The position numbers and the translations under genes are program-made. Positions 31,644 to 41,563 of a DNA stretch of 64,000 bases are shown piece by piece. Numbering within the stretch: position 1 is the first letter of the stretch; every line of letters begins with the position of its first letter. Under the pieces are notes generated by a model that ran no database searches, was not told the DNA's origin, and was given only the letters and a program-made list of their open reading frames with translations. Where the stretch lies: contig JBBDRF010000092.1 of assembly GCA_040905565.1 (NCBI GenBank), positions 128,001 through 192,000 on the forward strand, given 5' to 3'. The stretch comes from Phycisphaeraceae bacterium. GTDB lineage: Bacteria; Planctomycetota; Phycisphaerae; Phycisphaerales; Zrk34.

Positions 31644-34600
31644 CTACTGAGCGTCCTCCAGGAACTTGATAAGGTCGGCCATTTGTTGCGGGTCTATGGC
31701 GCCTTCGAGTCCTTCGGGCATCAGTGAGTTTCCGGAAGTTTGTATGGTTTTGATGTTGCTTCGGGGGATTTGTTGTTCGACACCTCCGCCGGGACTCAGG
31801 GTAATGCTGTTGGCGGATTCGGCCGTCATGACGCCCATGAACGTCTCATCGTCTTCAGTTTCGACGATGTAGATGGAGAACTGCGGATCAACCTGGGCGT
31901 TTGGGTTGAGCACGGCGGCGACGATCGCATCCTGGCCGCGCGTGACGAAGGCTCGGAGGTTGGGGCCGAGGTCGTCGCCGGTTCCGTCGACTGCATGGCA
32001 TGTGGCGCATGCTGCGGCGAAGACGATGCGTCCGCGGTCGGCATCGCCCTGAAGATCGGTCATTTCCTGGAGGTAAATGTCGATGAGCTCGCGTCGATCT
32101 GACGACTCCGCTGCGTCCGTGAGAACAGCCCCGGCCCGGGCGGCGAGGTCGGCATTAGGATCGTTGCGGAGGCGGATGGCATTGGGCAACGTGACGTGAG
32201 TTGCGGAAAAGTTCCCGTTCTCGATGGCCTCGATGAGCCTGGTGCGCCGTTCGGGTCGAGCGAGGAGTGCGTCCATGGCCGAGGCTCGTACGCTGGAGCC
32301 CAGACCGCCCCAGCGTTCGATGAGCAGATCGGCCACGGCTGCATCGCGATGCCGGGCTAACATTTGCAGTGCGGCGGCCTGCACCTCGATCGGTTCGCGG
32401 GGGGCGAGCAAGCTGGCAAGGTCTTCTGCGGTTGCGTCGAAGCTCAGCAGGCCGAATGTTTCGATTGCCTCAATGCGATCATGCGTGGAAGCGTCGGCGT
32501 CGGTGACGAGGACGTGAGCGTCTTCGAACAATCGGTCGAGGCTGGCCAGCAGTTGGGGATCATCAGCCAGCGCGCGGCGCAGTTGCGCCAGGCCCATGCC
32601 GCGCGCCAAGCCGAGCAGCACGGCCCGGTGCGCCCCCTCCGAATCGGCGTCGCTGAGCGCATCAAGTGAACGATCGACTTTCTCGGCCTCCCCGGCCGCT
32701 CCGACCTGCCGCGCGAGTTCTTCCAGAACGGCACGCCCGGCGGAGGCCTTCGTGAACTCGGCGTCGCCGACGAGCCCGGTGAGGATGTCCGCCTGAACGT
32801 CGGCCAGCGAACTGAACACAGCCATGCGCATCCAGCGATCGTCGCCGTCGCTCTTAAGTAGCGTGGTGAGTGCGTCGTGGCGTGCCGGATCGTTGCTTTC
32901 GCCAAGCGTGAAGGCGAGTTGATACCGGACGCGCATATCATCGTCGGAGGCCAGAGCCAATAGATCGCTCAGCAGTTCCTCCGATTCGGTGAGCATTGCT
33001 TCGGCAAGGCGGATGGCGTTTTCGCGCACCGGGCCGTGCTCGTCGCCGAGGCCGAGGCGAACATGTTCAAGCTCGAGAGCGCCGAGGCCCTGCAGGGCGT
33101 ACAGGGCGTGAAGGCGGCCGAGGGGTTGGTCGCTTTGGGCGAGCAGGTCGTTCAGCAGCACTATGGCCTCTACGTCCTGGCGTTCGTGCAGCAGTCGTGC
33201 TGCGGTAAGCCGGTGCCAGTGGTTTGGATGTTCGAGTAAGTTGACGAGTTCTTCGGTAGAAGCTTCGCTGAGGGCGGGGACAGCTCGAGGTTCGAAATCA
33301 TCGGGCACGATGCGGTAGATGCGACCACGATCCCGGCCGGCGGTGAGATCGAGGTGCCGCTTGATTGAGTCGGGCAGGCTCCATGGATGTTCGATCACCT
33401 CGCGATACATATCGGCCACCCAGAGTGTGCCGTCGGGTGCGTGGGTGATCCAGACGGGGCGGAACCAGTTGTCGGCAGTGCGTAACCATTCGGTGTCTTC
33501 ATCGATGCGTACACCGCGCATGGCGACGCCGTCGGGTTCGAGACGTTCGCGATGAACGAGATTGTTGTCTGGTGCTGCGATGACTGCTGCCCCGCTCATC
33601 TGCTGCTCGTAGGCGTCGCCCTGATAGATGGTGATGGCGGAAGCTGCGGAGACGTAGCCGTGGAGTTCGCCGTCGCGTTCGACGGGCCCGCTGAGTTGTC
33701 CGGTTGTGCGAAGGCGTGTCCGCACGACGCGCCAGGGCTCGGGGGGGCTGATTCTAAGAAGGTCGGCGCGCTGACCGCCGTCGCCGATGGTCAGCAGCGG
33801 CGACGGCGTCTGCAAATGCGGGTTCCGGGCGACGTAGCGGTTCTCGAACATGACCATCTGGTTGTGAATGTGATTGACGCACGTGAATAGCCGGCCCCAT
33901 GCGTCGAAGCTTGCCCCCCACTGGTTTCCCCCACTGCTGAAGCCGAGTTCGCGGGTGTGGGGGTCGAAGTTGAATTCGCGGCCGCGCATGGAGATCGCTG
34001 CATCGGGATTGTCGACGGGATGGATTTGCGTGCCGCGCGTGGGGGTGCCGTGGATCCGGTTGTCGAGGCCCCAGCGTAGGGAGTTCACCAGCTGCTGGAC
34101 GTTGAGTTGACTCAGGTCGGCTGGGGCCATGCCGCTGAAGACAACCTCGCGATGGTCGGCTTTTCCGTCGCCGGTGGTGTCGGCGATGTAGAGCAAGTCC
34201 GGCGCCGCGCCGACGAAGATGCCGCCGTCCCACGCGAAGATGGCGGTGGGCCAGCGTAGCCCCTCTGCAAACGTATGCGCCTGATCCATTCGCCCGTCGC
34301 CGTTGGTGTCTTCGAGGATGCGAATGCGGCCGATGGCCTCGTCACGTTCTTCGCTGTAGCCGCCCATTTCCGCCACGTAGAGTCGCCCGTCCTCATCGAA
34401 CGCCATGGCCACTGGATCGGTGACGAGTGGTTCGGCGGCCACGAGCTCCACGCGGTATCCGTCGGCGACCTCGAAAGCCCGGAGCGCCGCGTCGGGCTCA
34501 AGGGGTTCGATGCGGGGTAGCTCACCGGCGAAATCCTTCTCCGCGGCCGACGTCGAAGGCAACAGCATCGCAACGACGACCACGCTGAAGCAGCCACACT

Positions 34601-34655
34601 TCAGCGCAAGCGAACACAAACGGCACACTTGGACACGGCATGGCAGCTCAAACAT
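31644..34655 (-). CDS. PVC-type haem-binding CxxCH protein
   Basis: VELVAAEPLVTDPVA, WFRPV...APDGTLWVADMYRE.IEHPW, CATCH and SLMPEGLE motifs. Same subtype as 5416..8370. Confidence 0.88.
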   Translation of the reverse strand: MFELPCRVQVCRLCSLALKCGCFSVVVVAMLLPSTSAAEKDFAGELPRIEPLEPDAALRAFEVADGYRVELVAAEPLVTDPVAMAFDEDGRLYVAEMGGYSEERDEAIGRIRILEDTNGDGRMDQAHTFAEGLRWPTAIFAWDGGIFVGAAPDLLYIADTTGDGKADHREVVFSGMAPADLSQLNVQQLVNSLRWGLDNRIHGTPTRGTQIHPVDNPDAAISMRGREFNFDPHTRELGFSSGGNQWGASFDAWGRLFTCVNHIHNQMVMFENRYVARNPHLQTPSPLLTIGDGGQRADLLRISPPEPWRVVRTRLRTTGQLSGPVERDGELHGYVSAASAITIYQGDAYEQQMSGAAVIAAPDNNLVHRERLEPDGVAMRGVRIDEDTEWLRTADNWFRPVWITHAPDGTLWVADMYREVIEHPWSLPDSIKRHLDLTAGRDRGRIYRIVPDDFEPRAVPALSEASTEELVNLLEHPNHWHRLTAARLLHERQDVEAIVLLNDLLAQSDQPLGRLHALYALQGLGALELEHVRLGLGDEHGPVRENAIRLAEAMLTESEELLSDLLALASDDDMRVRYQLAFTLGESNDPARHDALTTLLKSDGDDRWMRMAVFSSLADVQADILTGLVGDAEFTKASAGRAVLEELARQVGAAGEAEKVDRSLDALSDADSEGAHRAVLLGLARGMGLAQLRRALADDPQLLASLDRLFEDAHVLVTDADASTHDRIEAIETFGLLSFDATAEDLASLLAPREPIEVQAAALQMLARHRDAAVADLLIERWGGLGSSVRASAMDALLARPERRTRLIEAIENGNFSATHVTLPNAIRLRNDPNADLAARAGAVLTDAAESSDRRELIDIYLQEMTDLQGDADRGRIVFAAACATCHAVDGTGDDLGPNLRAFVTRGQDAIVAAVLNPNAQVDPQFSIYIVETEDDETFMGVMTAESANSITLSPGGGVEQQIPRSNIKTIQTSGNSLMPEGLEGAIDPQQMADLIKFLEDAQ

Positions 34656-34814
34656 GCGACTTCTCCGATTGAAAGGAAAACACTGGCGGCCCGAGAAAAT
34701 CGTCGATACAGTAACCTTGATTTCACGCGAAAGCCACGGTGGTCGTTTGGTACGCTTTTCACCAGTCCGCAGCGGGTAGGCGTGGAAGTCTCAAACGCAG
34801 CTCGAAGGGAGCAA

Positions 34815-37367
34815 ATGATGCGATCATTGTACAGCAAGGGCGTCGGTTGGCTGGTGATGGTCGGAGCGATGGTGCTGGTTACGACGAGTGTCGGAATGGC
34901 TGATGAGCTTCGCGTTGCGACGTTCGAGGCCGATGCGACGCCGCCGGTCGGCACCCCCCTTACGTACCAGGAAGCGGAAGAAATTGTTGAGCCGCTGATC
35001 GTCCGAGGCATCGTTCTGCTCGGCGCCGGCGAGCCCATCGTGCTGTGCGCGGTCGACTGGATCGGCATCGGCAACGAGGCCTACGACGCCTGGCGCGAAG
35101 CGCTGGCGGAGGCGGCGGGCACAAGCGTCCAACGCGTTTCGGTTCACACGCTTCATCAGCACGATGCGCCGATCGCAGACTTCAGTGCGGACGACCTGCT
35201 CATAGAGCAGGGCATTGGCGGGATCATGTTCGACCGCGCGTTCGTTGAGGGGACGATCGAACGCACAGCCGATGCTGTTCGCGCCGCGCTGGAGGGCGCG
35301 CAGCCTGTGACGCATGTGGGCCTGGGGCGTGGGCTGGTTCATGAGGTGGCTTCGGATCGACGGTTGCTCAATCGCGAGGGGCGTGTGCAGTTGATGCGTT
35401 TCAGTTCATCGCGGAACGCGTTGGCGCGTGCTGCTCCCGCCGGCCGTGTTGATCCGGAGGTGAAGCTCGTGAGCTTGTGGCAGGACGATGAGCCGTTGGT
35501 TGTGCTCAGTTACTTTGCGACGCACCCGCAGAGCTACTACCTCACAGGCGGCGCGAATCCGGATTTTCCGGGCATCGCCCGCGCTATGCGTGATGAAGCT
35601 GTGACGACGCACGTCCACTTCACCGGTGCCGCGGGGAACGTGGCTGCCGGGAAGTGGAACGACGGCTCGACAAAGTATCGGCAGATCCTCGCTGAGCGTC
35701 TTGCTGACGGCATGGCCCGTGCGTGGGACGCTACCGAACGCACGACCATTGAAGCGGATGATGTCGGCTGGCGCGTGCGGTCGGTCGCCCTGCCTCTGGC
35801 GGAACATCTTGACGCGGAAAATCTTGAGCAGATTGTCGCCGATGAAGCGGCCGATCCGGTTGCCCGCGCCAACGCAGCTCGGAATCTTGCGTGGCTTCGG
35901 CGTTGCGAAGAGGGGCACGAGATCGACCTTTCGGCGCTCAGGCTCGGACCGGCGCGCATTCTTAACATGCCGGGCGAGTTGCTGGTGGAGTATCAACTCG
36001 AGGCAGCGGCGCTCTACCCTGACGATTTCATCGCCATGGCTGCCTATACCGACTACGCCCCCGGCTACATCGGTACGGAGATTCAGTACGAGCAGGGAGG
36101 CTATGAAACGGGGCCCGTGGCCTCGCGCGTTTCGCCTCAGGTGGAGCACGTTTTGCGGCCGGTGCTGGCCGAGCTTCTGGACTTCGAAGCGTTCGCGGCG
36201 GATCGGCGACGCCTTGAGGAGGCGGGATATCAGCTTGAGCGATCGGTTGTGCATCGAGGTTTTGACGGCGAGCAATGCTGGGTGCATGCGCGGGCGGCCG
36301 TAATCCCGGCCGATGCGTGGGATAATCCGATCGGGCGGCGCACGGTGATTCTTACGGCGCAGAAGCTTGATGATTCCGGTTCGGATGTTTTTCACGGGCT
36401 GCACACCTTCCGCAGCCGCGACGCGGGACTTACCTGGGAAGGGCCATTCGACGAGCCGACCCTTGAGCGTGAGGAACTTCAGGCCGGCCGGGAGCGTGTG
36501 GTATCCGACTTCACCCCGCAGTGGCACGCCGCGAGCGGGAAGCTTCTAGGCATCGGCCACACTGTGGAGTATGAAGAGAACACGGTTGCGCCGGTTCGGT
36601 CGCGTGCCACTGCTTACGCGGTTTACGAACCGGAGAACCATGCCTGGGGTGAATGGCGGGAACTGGAGATGCCCGACGAGGCACGCTTCCAGAACGCCGG
36701 TGCAGGTTCGGTGCAGCGTGTGGATCTCGACGACGGCACCATCCTCCTGCCCATCTATTTCAAAGAGCCCGAGGCCGACCAGTACCACGTCACGGTACTC
36801 CGCTGTGTTTTCGATGGCGAGACGCTGGAATACGTCGAGCATGGCGACACGATGACGGTGGACGCAGGACGCGGCCTCGCCGAACCGAGCCTTACCCGCC
36901 ACGACGGACGCTTCTACCTCACCATGCGCAACGACGAAGCGGGCTACGTAACACACAGCGACGACGGCCTGTCCTACCAACCGCCCAAGCGGTGGACGTT
37001 TGATGACGGCCGCCCCCTGGGCAACTACAACACGCAGCAGCACTGGGTCAGCCACAGCAACGGGCTCTATCTTGCCTACACCCGTCGTGGGCTTGATAAC
37101 GATCACGTCCACCGTCACCGTGCCCCGCTCCTGCTCGCCCGCGTGGCCCCCCAGCGTTTGAACGTAATCGAAAGCACGGAGCGCGTGATCGTCCCGGAAC
37201 GCGGCGCGCGGTTGGGCAACTTCGGCGTCGTGGATGTGAGTGCGGAGGAAACCTGGGTGGTTGCTGCGGAGTGGATGCAGCCCTCGACGGCTGAGACGCA
37301 CGGCAGCGACAACACCATCCACCTCGCCCGCCTCAAGTGGCTCACGCCGGCGTCTGACGAGGAGTGA
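34815..37367 (+). CDS. Ceramidase-like metallohydrolase fused to a BNR/sialidase-like beta-propeller
   Basis: AAGGGA RBS; signal peptide; HTLHQHDAP, FATHPQSYY and GYIG....Y.QGGYE; then Asp-box-like SRDAGLTW and SDDGLSY, plus EPS and YLTMR. Confidence 0.75.
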   Translation: MMRSLYSKGVGWLVMVGAMVLVTTSVGMADELRVATFEADATPPVGTPLTYQEAEEIVEPLIVRGIVLLGAGEPIVLCAVDWIGIGNEAYDAWREALAEAAGTSVQRVSVHTLHQHDAPIADFSADDLLIEQGIGGIMFDRAFVEGTIERTADAVRAALEGAQPVTHVGLGRGLVHEVASDRRLLNREGRVQLMRFSSSRNALARAAPAGRVDPEVKLVSLWQDDEPLVVLSYFATHPQSYYLTGGANPDFPGIARAMRDEAVTTHVHFTGAAGNVAAGKWNDGSTKYRQILAERLADGMARAWDATERTTIEADDVGWRVRSVALPLAEHLDAENLEQIVADEAADPVARANAARNLAWLRRCEEGHEIDLSALRLGPARILNMPGELLVEYQLEAAALYPDDFIAMAAYTDYAPGYIGTEIQYEQGGYETGPVASRVSPQVEHVLRPVLAELLDFEAFAADRRRLEEAGYQLERSVVHRGFDGEQCWVHARAAVIPADAWDNPIGRRTVILTAQKLDDSGSDVFHGLHTFRSRDAGLTWEGPFDEPTLEREELQAGRERVVSDFTPQWHAASGKLLGIGHTVEYEENTVAPVRSRATAYAVYEPENHAWGEWRELEMPDEARFQNAGAGSVQRVDLDDGTILLPIYFKEPEADQYHVTVLRCVFDGETLEYVEHGDTMTVDAGRGLAEPSLTRHDGRFYLTMRNDEAGYVTHSDDGLSYQPPKRWTFDDGRPLGNYNTQQHWVSHSNGLYLAYTRRGLDNDHVHRHRAPLLLARVAPQRLNVIESTERVIVPERGARLGNFGVVDVSAEETWVVAAEWMQPSTAETHGSDNTIHLARLKWLTPASDEE

Positions 37368-37766
37368 GTGCGGGGGCGCGCTTGCCTACGCCGACGGCAA
37401 ACGGGCGCCATACCTGCTCATTGGCCGAAGCGGGAAGGGATGACGATGGGGAGACGACGGTTCGAGTTGTGTAGCCAACGCGTTCCCAAGCCGGAGGGTT
37501 TCGGCGACGCAAAAATAGCCGCATGGAGCAGACCAGTCAGTTCCTGATACTTGCCGTCAGCCTTATCGGAGCACGATCCAATAACTCGTTTGCAAGAAGC
37601 GGCCGGGCGCGAGTCGCCCGATGGATACGTGAACGCCGCTGGCTGGGAGCGGGCACGCCGCGGGGCCTGGCGGCGATCCTGAGGAGTTCGGCGGCTGCCT
37701 GCGAGCGGCGACGGAAACCTGTCGAGCCTGATTGAAGCGGGCCACCGCCGTGTTCGAACGTAACCA

Positions 37767-37831
37767 ACTGCTGAACCCGTATTTCGCGGGATCGGTAGAC
37801 GCAAGGGGTTGTGGCTTTGGAGTTGCTGGCT
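37767..37831 (+). repeat. Element-end motif A, copy 1 (direct repeat of 50688..50750)
   Basis: actgctgaacccgtatttcgcgggatcggtagacgcaaggggttgtggctttggagttgctggct. Confidence 0.7.
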
Positions 37832-37897
37832 GTCAGAGATACTTGGCCCAATAGGCGTGCGACGACCGTTTTTGCCATCTGTGGGAGGTGGCTGGCA

Positions 37898-37939
37898 GTG
37901 GGCCAAAATGTCGGCCTCTTGTTATCACGGTACTTACGG
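37898..37939 (+). repeat. Putative terminal inverted repeat (motif B), partner of 53545..53586
   Basis: gtgggccaaaatgtcgg...gtta...acttacgg versus the reverse complement gtggaccaaaatgtcgg...gtta...acttacgg, at identical spacing. Confidence 0.6.
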
Positions 37940-38141
37940 ACGCGGCTCGTGAGACCGGCGCAAACCAAGGGAGGCGGCGGAGGTGACAGGTGATGCTGCC
38001 CATCGAGTTGTGGACCCGTCGGTTGGGGTGAGGAAATCGCAATCGGTGCGTGCCAAGCCGTCGCGGCCGGGCTTGGCGCAAACCATCATACCGCACGCTA
38101 CGATCGGCATCCCCGCCCCAGTGGCGCGAGTCGGCGCAACC

Positions 38142-38739
38142 TCACGCCGCCTTCCGCTCGTAGTGGCTCAGCAACCCGCCCAGCAGTTGCGTGCGTTGCA
38201 CCCGCCCGATCGAACCCGCCACCTCCTCCACGGGCGGCTCGTTCCCCTCGCCCAGCGGTACATTGCCCAGCGACTGGTGTGGCCGCATCGGGTTGTGGTA
38301 TCGCACGTACGTCTGCACGATGTGATCGAGATACGGCAGGCTGAAGCACCCCAGCGCGTTCAGGCACGCTTGAGGCTGCCGATCCAGGACTCGGCGAACG
38401 AATTCGCCATGGGCAACTGGAACGGCGTCTTCACGACGCCCTCGCCAACACGGCAAAAATTGCTCGTCGAACGCCTCCGTGTACTTCGTGTCGCGATCCC
38501 GGAGAAGGAACCGCATCTCCAGCGCCTCGTCCTCTACCCACATCGTGACGTTCCGCGCTTGCTGCTGCATCCACTCGCCGGTGGGCTGATACGTGCTCGG
38601 CGAGACAAACACCTTCCGCGTGCCGAGGTGGATGAACATCAGGCAGTACGCCATGTGCTTCCCGGTCGGCGTCCACACCGATTCGCAGAAGAAGTCCGTG
38701 GCCACCATGCAGTCGAGGTGCGCCGCCAGGAAGGTTCGC
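38142..38739 (-). mobile_element. rve/integrase-core transposase remnant, copy 1
   Basis: W.TFL.AH...ATDFF, WM.QQARN, FLLRDRD.KY...FD, YHN..RPHQSLGN and LGGLLSHYERKAA motifs. Frameshifted and 5'-truncated. Confidence 0.85.
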
Positions 38740-38815
38740 CATCCACGCATTCGAACACCCCGACCTCACCTTCAACCCGCGAGCACTGTGCGCGGTGGTG
38801 GCGTGGGAGTTTTGA
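38740..38815 (+). repeat. 76-bp gene-tail fragment homologous to 54118..54193
   Basis: Encodes IHAFEHPDLTFNPRALCAVVAWEF*; 70/76 nt identical by my count. Confidence 0.85.
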
Positions 38816-38976
38816 CGCCGGGGCAGTGACTAGGTAAGTGAATTCCTCGTGGACCGCGCCCGCCGCGGGGGCTCGGCCGGCTGATGATAAAAAAAACTGA
38901 TTACGTTCTTTTTCTAAAGGAATGATGCTCATAAGCTGAAGTAGCAGCACAGGCCTTAGCGGGGAAGGGCAACGCA

Positions 38977-40257
38977 GTGAAAGTCCGGCACAACAGAAAA
39001 CGCGGCGTCGTCCTAATCTGGGTGACGCTGACGATAATGGTTCTCGTGGCGCTGGTGGGGCTGGTGGTGGACACCGGCTACGCGCTTTTCGCTCAGCAGC
39101 GACTGCAGGTCGCGGCCGACGCCTCGGCACTCGCGGGCGCGCAGTTCGTACGCCGGGATGTTGAAGACGCTCGCGCACGTGCCGCTGGGATCGCACTGAG
39201 CAACCGCGCGGCCAACAAGGAAGTGGTGCTCAACCTTAACTCTGAGAACGACGTGGACGGCGATATCGTGGTCGGCCATTTCCAGCGTGCCACGGAAGAT
39301 GAAGAAGCCGTATTCACGCCCGGATACGACAACATGAATGCTGTGAAAGTTGTGGCGCGGCGGACGCAGGACCACGTCAACGGTGCGGTGCCGCTTACGT
39401 TTGGGCGGATTGTCGGCGTCAGCGAAGTGAACGTTCAGTCCAGCGCGATCGCCATGATCGGTGGCGGCACTGGCGGCGGGCTGATCGCCCTCAATTGCGA
39501 TCCGGAGGTTGACGCCATCTACGTCGAGGGCAGTCCGATCCTCGACGTGCAGGGCGGGGCCGTTATCTCCAACGGCCAGATTCAAATCGGTGGCAGCGCG
39601 GTGGTGGACGCACCCGCCGGATTCTGGTCCATGGGTGGTATGCACAGCCCCGGCAACAGCGAGGCCGACATCACGGGGGAGCATCATTACCTGGAGGATT
39701 GCGTGAGCGATCCCCTCGCCTTCCTGCAGGACGTTACGCCTTACTACGGCGAGGACCTGGGGATGATCGACACCTCCGGCGCCCAAGCCGATTTTCCGCC
39801 GGGATACTACAGCGAAGGCTTGCGGATCGGTGCCGGTGACGACGTGACGCTGGACCCGGGCATCTACATCCTCGGCGGTGAAGGTCTACAGCTCCGCGGC
39901 CAATCAAATCTGCACGCGGAAGGCGTGATGTTTTACATCGTGGACGGTGGGAGCCTGTATCTCGGAGGCAACGCCACGGTGCACATGACGCCCCTGCAGG
40001 ACGGCAGCAGCCCGTTCAACGGCGTGACGGTCTACCAGACCACCGATGCGCAGGCCACGATGATCGGCACCAGCGGCAACACCATCGAGGGCACACTCTA
40101 CTTCCCGCATGCTGAGCTGGAGCTCTCCGGCGAGGGTGACGGCTTCGGTAATCAGGTGATTGCTAATAAGTTCCACATTTCAGGCACCGGCACCAAGACC
40201 ATTGCCTATGAAGGCGATGAGGAAGCGGTCGGCAATCGCATCTTCATCGTCCGCTGA
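38977..40257 (+). CDS. tadG: TadG-like pilus assembly protein
   Basis: N-terminal RGVVLIW...GLVVD.G......LQ.AADASALAGA Tad motif, followed by a Gly-rich beta-repeat C-terminus. Confidence 0.75.
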   Translation: MKVRHNRKRGVVLIWVTLTIMVLVALVGLVVDTGYALFAQQRLQVAADASALAGAQFVRRDVEDARARAAGIALSNRAANKEVVLNLNSENDVDGDIVVGHFQRATEDEEAVFTPGYDNMNAVKVVARRTQDHVNGAVPLTFGRIVGVSEVNVQSSAIAMIGGGTGGGLIALNCDPEVDAIYVEGSPILDVQGGAVISNGQIQIGGSAVVDAPAGFWSMGGMHSPGNSEADITGEHHYLEDCVSDPLAFLQDVTPYYGEDLGMIDTSGAQADFPPGYYSEGLRIGAGDDVTLDPGIYILGGEGLQLRGQSNLHAEGVMFYIVDGGSLYLGGNATVHMTPLQDGSSPFNGVTVYQTTDAQATMIGTSGNTIEGTLYFPHAELELSGEGDGFGNQVIANKFHISGTGTKTIAYEGDEEAVGNRIFIVR

Positions 40258-40981
40258 TCGTCTGAGGTAGTATCCGCTTCGCGTGCTGTTGACGTATCGG
40301 TGTCAGAAGTGCCCATCGCCACATTGCGAGATGGAGCCCTATGTCGCCGGGCTTCCAAGTATGTTCCGGTTGCTAGGGCTGACGCAGCCGAAGTGGAACG
40401 CGCGAGCGCGCAATCGGGTTGATAGAAGGGCAGCCAACAGCCATGCAAGCGTCGTGAAATTTTTTTTGTAGGGTGTGATCGGCGCAGGTTCGGATGAATT
40501 ATGCTCGTGTCAGGCACCGGTACAGATTGCTGGCACATGTTGCACAAGTTGAACATCGCACCCGAAACTATCAACGCAATAGTTGGCCTCTCAGCATCTT
40601 CTGATCGCCTTAAGGAAAGGAGGAGGGGGGCAACTTCTGCAGCATCTCACTCACGGGGGCCGGGGGCTTTACGGAGACGTGCCTGGGGAGAACTCCTAGG
40701 TCTGGTAGCGGTGGAGCGAGGCCGCTCGGCTAAACTGGGGGGTGGCTTTAGTGTTTTTCGTAAATAATGTTGTTATGAGAATCGGGCAGGGTTACAGTCA
40801 ATGCAGTGAGGCGTTGCGAACATCGGCTCGCCTTCGTTACTAGAACAGTCCAGGGTAATGAAGCGACAACTGAAGAGGGCAACTTAGGAACCTAAGTCGG
40901 CGTGGAAACGGTCGAACGTTCGGCCTGCCGGCTCGGAAACCGCTGTCGCATGCGCGGCGGCAGAAACGAAGGAGCTACGCG

Positions 40982-41164
40982 ATGTTGAATGTGATGAAAC
41001 GATTCGTCAAAGAAGAAGAAGGCCTCGAGCTCGTCGAGTACGCCATCATGGCGGCCCTGCTCGTCGTTGGTTTGGTGGCGGCGATCACCGGCTTGGGCAC
41101 GTCCATCTCTGACAAGTTCACGGATATTGGTACGGAGATTGACGATGCCGGCACCACCCCATAA
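40982..41164 (+). CDS. flp: Flp family type IVc pilin
   Basis: 60 aa; RF..EEEG|LELVEYA Flp motif plus a hydrophobic helix; AAGGAG RBS. Confidence 0.92.
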   Translation: MLNVMKRFVKEEEGLELVEYAIMAALLVVGLVAAITGLGTSISDKFTDIGTEIDDAGTTP

Positions 41165-41183
41165 CCGTCCCGGGGCTTAAACA

Positions 41184-41240
41184 GCTACCGCCAGTTTCGT
41201 GGGGCGTCGTGATCGGCGCCTCGCGAACGGCGGCGGTAGC
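41184..41240 (+). other. Long stem-loop 3' of flp, without a U tract
   Basis: gctaccgcc pairs with ggcggtagc; inner stem ttcgtggggcgtcg / cggcgcctcgcgaa (with G-U pairs) around a tgat loop. Confidence 0.65.
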
Positions 41241-41298
41241 GGCCTTGAGGCGGCAGGGGGGCATGCTGGATCGCGGAGGGGGATCAAGAGCAGGGGCG

Positions 41299-41556
41299 AT
41301 GCTTATGTGGCGGCAAGAAAAACGATTCGCAGAGGACGAAAGCGGGCTTGAGCTGGTTGAATGGAGCGTACTCATGGCCCTGCTGGTGGTGAGCCTGGTT
41401 GCTGTGATTGGCGACCTGGGCGGGAGCGTCGGCCGGGCGTTCGGCAACGTCCAAAGCGCCATGGCTGATGAGGCTTTCGTCCCACCGGGGCACGGGGGCG
41501 AGGTGCCGGGAAATCCCCCTGATCACGCCAACGCTGGCGGGAACAGCAATCCGTGA
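41299..41556 (+). CDS. flp: Second, variant Flp pilin with C-terminal extension
   Basis: RFAEDESG|LELVEWS motif, a hydrophobic helix, and a PPGHGG...PPDHA tail. Confidence 0.75.
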   Translation: MLMWRQEKRFAEDESGLELVEWSVLMALLVVSLVAVIGDLGGSVGRAFGNVQSAMADEAFVPPGHGGEVPGNPPDHANAGGNSNP

Positions 41557-41563
41557 GGAAGTT

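Noticed and set aside
37368..37760. Possible gene or ncRNA after the sialidase-like fusion
   Set aside because: There is no coherent ORF or convincing structure; it may be decayed coding DNA that I cannot identify.
40531..40545. Sigma-54-like tggcac...ttgca upstream of flp
   Set aside because: GG-to-GC spacing is 8 nt rather than the required 10.
40855..40930. c-di-GMP riboswitch in the flp leader
   Set aside because: Only a short gggcaa and a small hairpin are present; the other conserved class I/II elements were not found.
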